Shown here piece by piece: positions 61,865 to 64,000 of a DNA stretch of 64,000 nt (positions are counted from its first letter, which is position 1; each line of letters begins with the position of its first letter). Both the position numbers and the translations under genes were made by a program. A model generated the notes under the pieces. It saw only the letters and a list, made by a program, of their open reading frames with translations. It made no database searches and was not told where the DNA came from. This stretch comes from an uncultured Verrucomicrobiae bacterium. GTDB taxonomy: Bacteria > Verrucomicrobiota > Verrucomicrobiia > Chthoniobacterales > JAFAMB01. The stretch is from positions 64,001 through 128,000 of the forward strand of contig CAWAIK010000004.1 in assembly GCA_963782115.1 (NCBI GenBank). The letters run 5' to 3'.

Positions 61865-63502
61865 TCAACCCTCCTTTTTGCAGCTAAAAAGCTCCAAGAC
61901 TTTCCTGACTAATTTGTCGGGTTCAATCGGTTTTGCCAGATGTGCTTGAAAACCAGCCAATCGGGTCGCAGCCCCATCTTCGTCACGAGCTGCGGCCGTA
62001 AAAGCGATCACCGGCAACTGTCCGAGCCCGGGTTTAAGCCGCCGCACATTCTCCAGGACTTCGTAGCCGTCCATCTCAGGCATGGCTAAATCGCAAATCA
62101 GAACGTCAGGATGAAGATCCTTGATGGCCTCAAGCGCTTCTTGCCCCGAACTCACCACGACGGTTTCAGCCCCGCTGCGTTCGAGAATGGCTTTGAGGAG
62201 TTCTCGCGCGTCGGCATTATCATCTACAGCGACTACCTTGATGTCTTTAAGTCTGGTGTCAGGCAGCCGTTCTTCTTTCTTAAAGATGCGCTTTGCCGGA
62301 CGTCCGTCACTCGAATCGGAGTTGGAGGCTATGGTTCGCAATTTGACCTTGATCATGGCCCCACGGCCTGGGCCCTCGCTCTCAGCGCTAATTGAACCTC
62401 CGTGCAACTCGACGAGATGTTTACAGATAGCCAAGCCTAGACCCAGTCCACCGTTTTCTCTGGAACTCGCTCCATCTTGGGCGAACCGCTTGAAAATATG
62501 GGGAAGGAACTCTGGTGAGATTCCTTTGCCAGTATCCTTGACCACAATGATTGCGTTTGCTCGCGTTTTTCTTAGCTGCACGGTAACTGAGCCTCCGCCA
62601 GGCGTAAATTTCAGGGAATTACCCAGGAGATTACCTAGGATTTGGTGCAGCCGTGCCTCGTCTCCCAAAACCGTACAGCTGACTGCCTCTGGAATTTCCA
62701 CAAGAGTCGCTACCGCGATCCCTTTCTCGGCTGCTTGCAGGCGCAATGTTTCGACGCTTGCTCTAACGACCTGCTTCAAATCTACCTCTTTGAGCTCCAT
62801 GGTCAGAGCGCCCGCAACAATTCGCGAGGTATCCAGGAGGTCTGAGATTAGTTCAATTAAGGTATTAGTATTACGTCCCAGCACTTCGAGTCCTTGCGCC
62901 ATCACCGTTTCATCTTGGCGCGCATTCCTCATGAGATAGGTCCAGCCCGAAATCGCGTTTAGCGGAGTACGAAGCTCGTGAGAAAGGGTGGCCAGGAAGT
63001 GGTCCTTCGCTCGATTAGCAGCTTCGGCTTCAAGCCGAGCGCGTTGCAGTTCGAGGCCAACCTTCCGCTGAGATTCCAATAGGTCTCGAAGCTGATATTG
63101 ACGCACGCGCGACTGCAGCGCGACACGCAACGCTCCAAGCAATGTGGCCGGGCGCATGGGCCGTTCAAGCACCGTCACTGCACCTCGAAGACTCAGAACT
63201 CGCGCGCGTTGCCTTGTGACGCTCGTCGGCTGGCCTGGATGAGTGAGAAAAATAATCGGCAGCTCCGACCACGGCTCCTGATGTTCGATCCACTTAGCCA
63301 GGATTGAGTATTCAGCCGGCGAGGCCAAAGATTCCTCGGTCAGCACCAAGGCCCCGACGGTATTTCCCTCCGCGCGAAGGTGCTCACAAAGATCGGACAC
63401 ACTCTGGCATGGCTGGGAAACAACTCCGGCGTTTCGCAAGACGGTAACTGCTATATCCGCATCCCTACCCACCGGTGCTAAAATCAGAATGATTTGAGAC
63501 AT
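61865..63502 (-). CDS. Hybrid sensor histidine kinase/response regulator
   Basis: H box LSHELRTPL, N/G boxes, C-terminal receiver (LICDLAMP), N-terminal receiver-like domain. Confidence 0.93.
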   Translation of the reverse strand: MSQIILILAPVGRDADIAVTVLRNAGVVSQPCQSVSDLCEHLRAEGNTVGALVLTEESLASPAEYSILAKWIEHQEPWSELPIIFLTHPGQPTSVTRQRARVLSLRGAVTVLERPMRPATLLGALRVALQSRVRQYQLRDLLESQRKVGLELQRARLEAEAANRAKDHFLATLSHELRTPLNAISGWTYLMRNARQDETVMAQGLEVLGRNTNTLIELISDLLDTSRIVAGALTMELKEVDLKQVVRASVETLRLQAAEKGIAVATLVEIPEAVSCTVLGDEARLHQILGNLLGNSLKFTPGGGSVTVQLRKTRANAIIVVKDTGKGISPEFLPHIFKRFAQDGASSRENGGLGLGLAICKHLVELHGGSISAESEGPGRGAMIKVKLRTIASNSDSSDGRPAKRIFKKEERLPDTRLKDIKVVAVDDNADARELLKAILERSGAETVVVSSGQEALEAIKDLHPDVLICDLAMPEMDGYEVLENVRRLKPGLGQLPVIAFTAAARDEDGAATRLAGFQAHLAKPIEPDKLVRKVLELFSCKKEG

Positions 63503-63520
63503 CGTTGGTGTCGGCTCGCA

Positions 63521-64000
63521 TCAATTGTCTGAGCCTTCCGTTTCTTGGTTCTCTTGCACTCCTGGCTCTGACTCCAGCACCGGCACTCCTGTCAGCACAC
63601 CTCGGAATTGAAGGAGCGGTTCCCCCACCCACAATCCTTTAGCGCTCACCTTGAACTCGCGAATTGTACTCTCGTGGCCACCACTACGCTTCTTGGCTAC
63701 CGATATCGCCTGGCGGATTGCGCCTCGTGCCTCGAAGTGGCGCAGAATTATTACGGTGTCCGCTAGATAGGTAAGATTCATCGGCGAGCGGAACTCATTC
63801 AAGAAGCCGGACTGAGCGAGGACCATAATGGTGACAACCCCAAGTTGATCGAGATAGGTCAGCATCTCGTGCAGCTGCAGGTTGAGTATCTTGCCATCCT
63901 GCATCGCCTTGCTGTACCCATTCAGGCTATCGATGATCACCATTCGAACGTTTTCCCGTTCGACGAAATTCAGCAACAAGTGAGCGAACTGTCCAGGAGA
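63521..64000 (-). CDS. KaiC-like RecA-superfamily ATPase, C-terminal part (window edge)
   Basis: VIIDSLNGY, TYLADTVI.LR.FE, VAKKRSGGHE..IREF. Confidence 0.88.
   Translation of the reverse strand, partial: SPGQFAHLLLNFVERENVRMVIIDSLNGYSKAMQDGKILNLQLHEMLTYLDQLGVVTIMVLAQSGFLNEFRSPMNLTYLADTVIILRHFEARGAIRQAISVAKKRSGGHESTIREFKVSAKGLWVGEPLLQFRGVLTGVPVLESEPGVQENQETEGSDN

Overview
This is a heavily decayed accessory region, likely a remnant of a conjugative element or plasmid. The autotransporter and OMP types suggest a diderm soil bacterium such as Verrucomicrobiota; this is inference. It contains scattered IncP-like traG/traK/traM pieces, Tn3-family transposase fragments, complete IS256 and ISAzo13 elements, a RIT element, two IS-like elements encoding an unusual ~540-aa protein, and a Phd/VapC-tyrosine recombinase module. 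Defence remnants are a TM0106 nuclease-helicase and a type III Res fragment, and there is a TIGR04255-like three-gene operon. Cargo includes a YVTN autotransporter, GH31+MFS, GH3, many oxidoreductases, aconitase, ferredoxin, and a KaiC-like ATPase with a hybrid kinase. The best candidate for a new system is at 663..1883. An XRE-HTH/TPR regulator is followed 36 nt later by an unannotated 25-aa ORF that is a signal peptide plus the hexapeptide HVMSGV, the layout of RRNPP/arbitrium peptide-signalling pairs. Palindromic candidate operators overlap its start and that of a divergent secreted-protein gene. Second best is the RIT element, whose two ends each cut a Tn3-family terminal repeat at the equivalent position. 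All family calls come from motif recognition, not database searches. Single-base frameshifts could be assembly errors.
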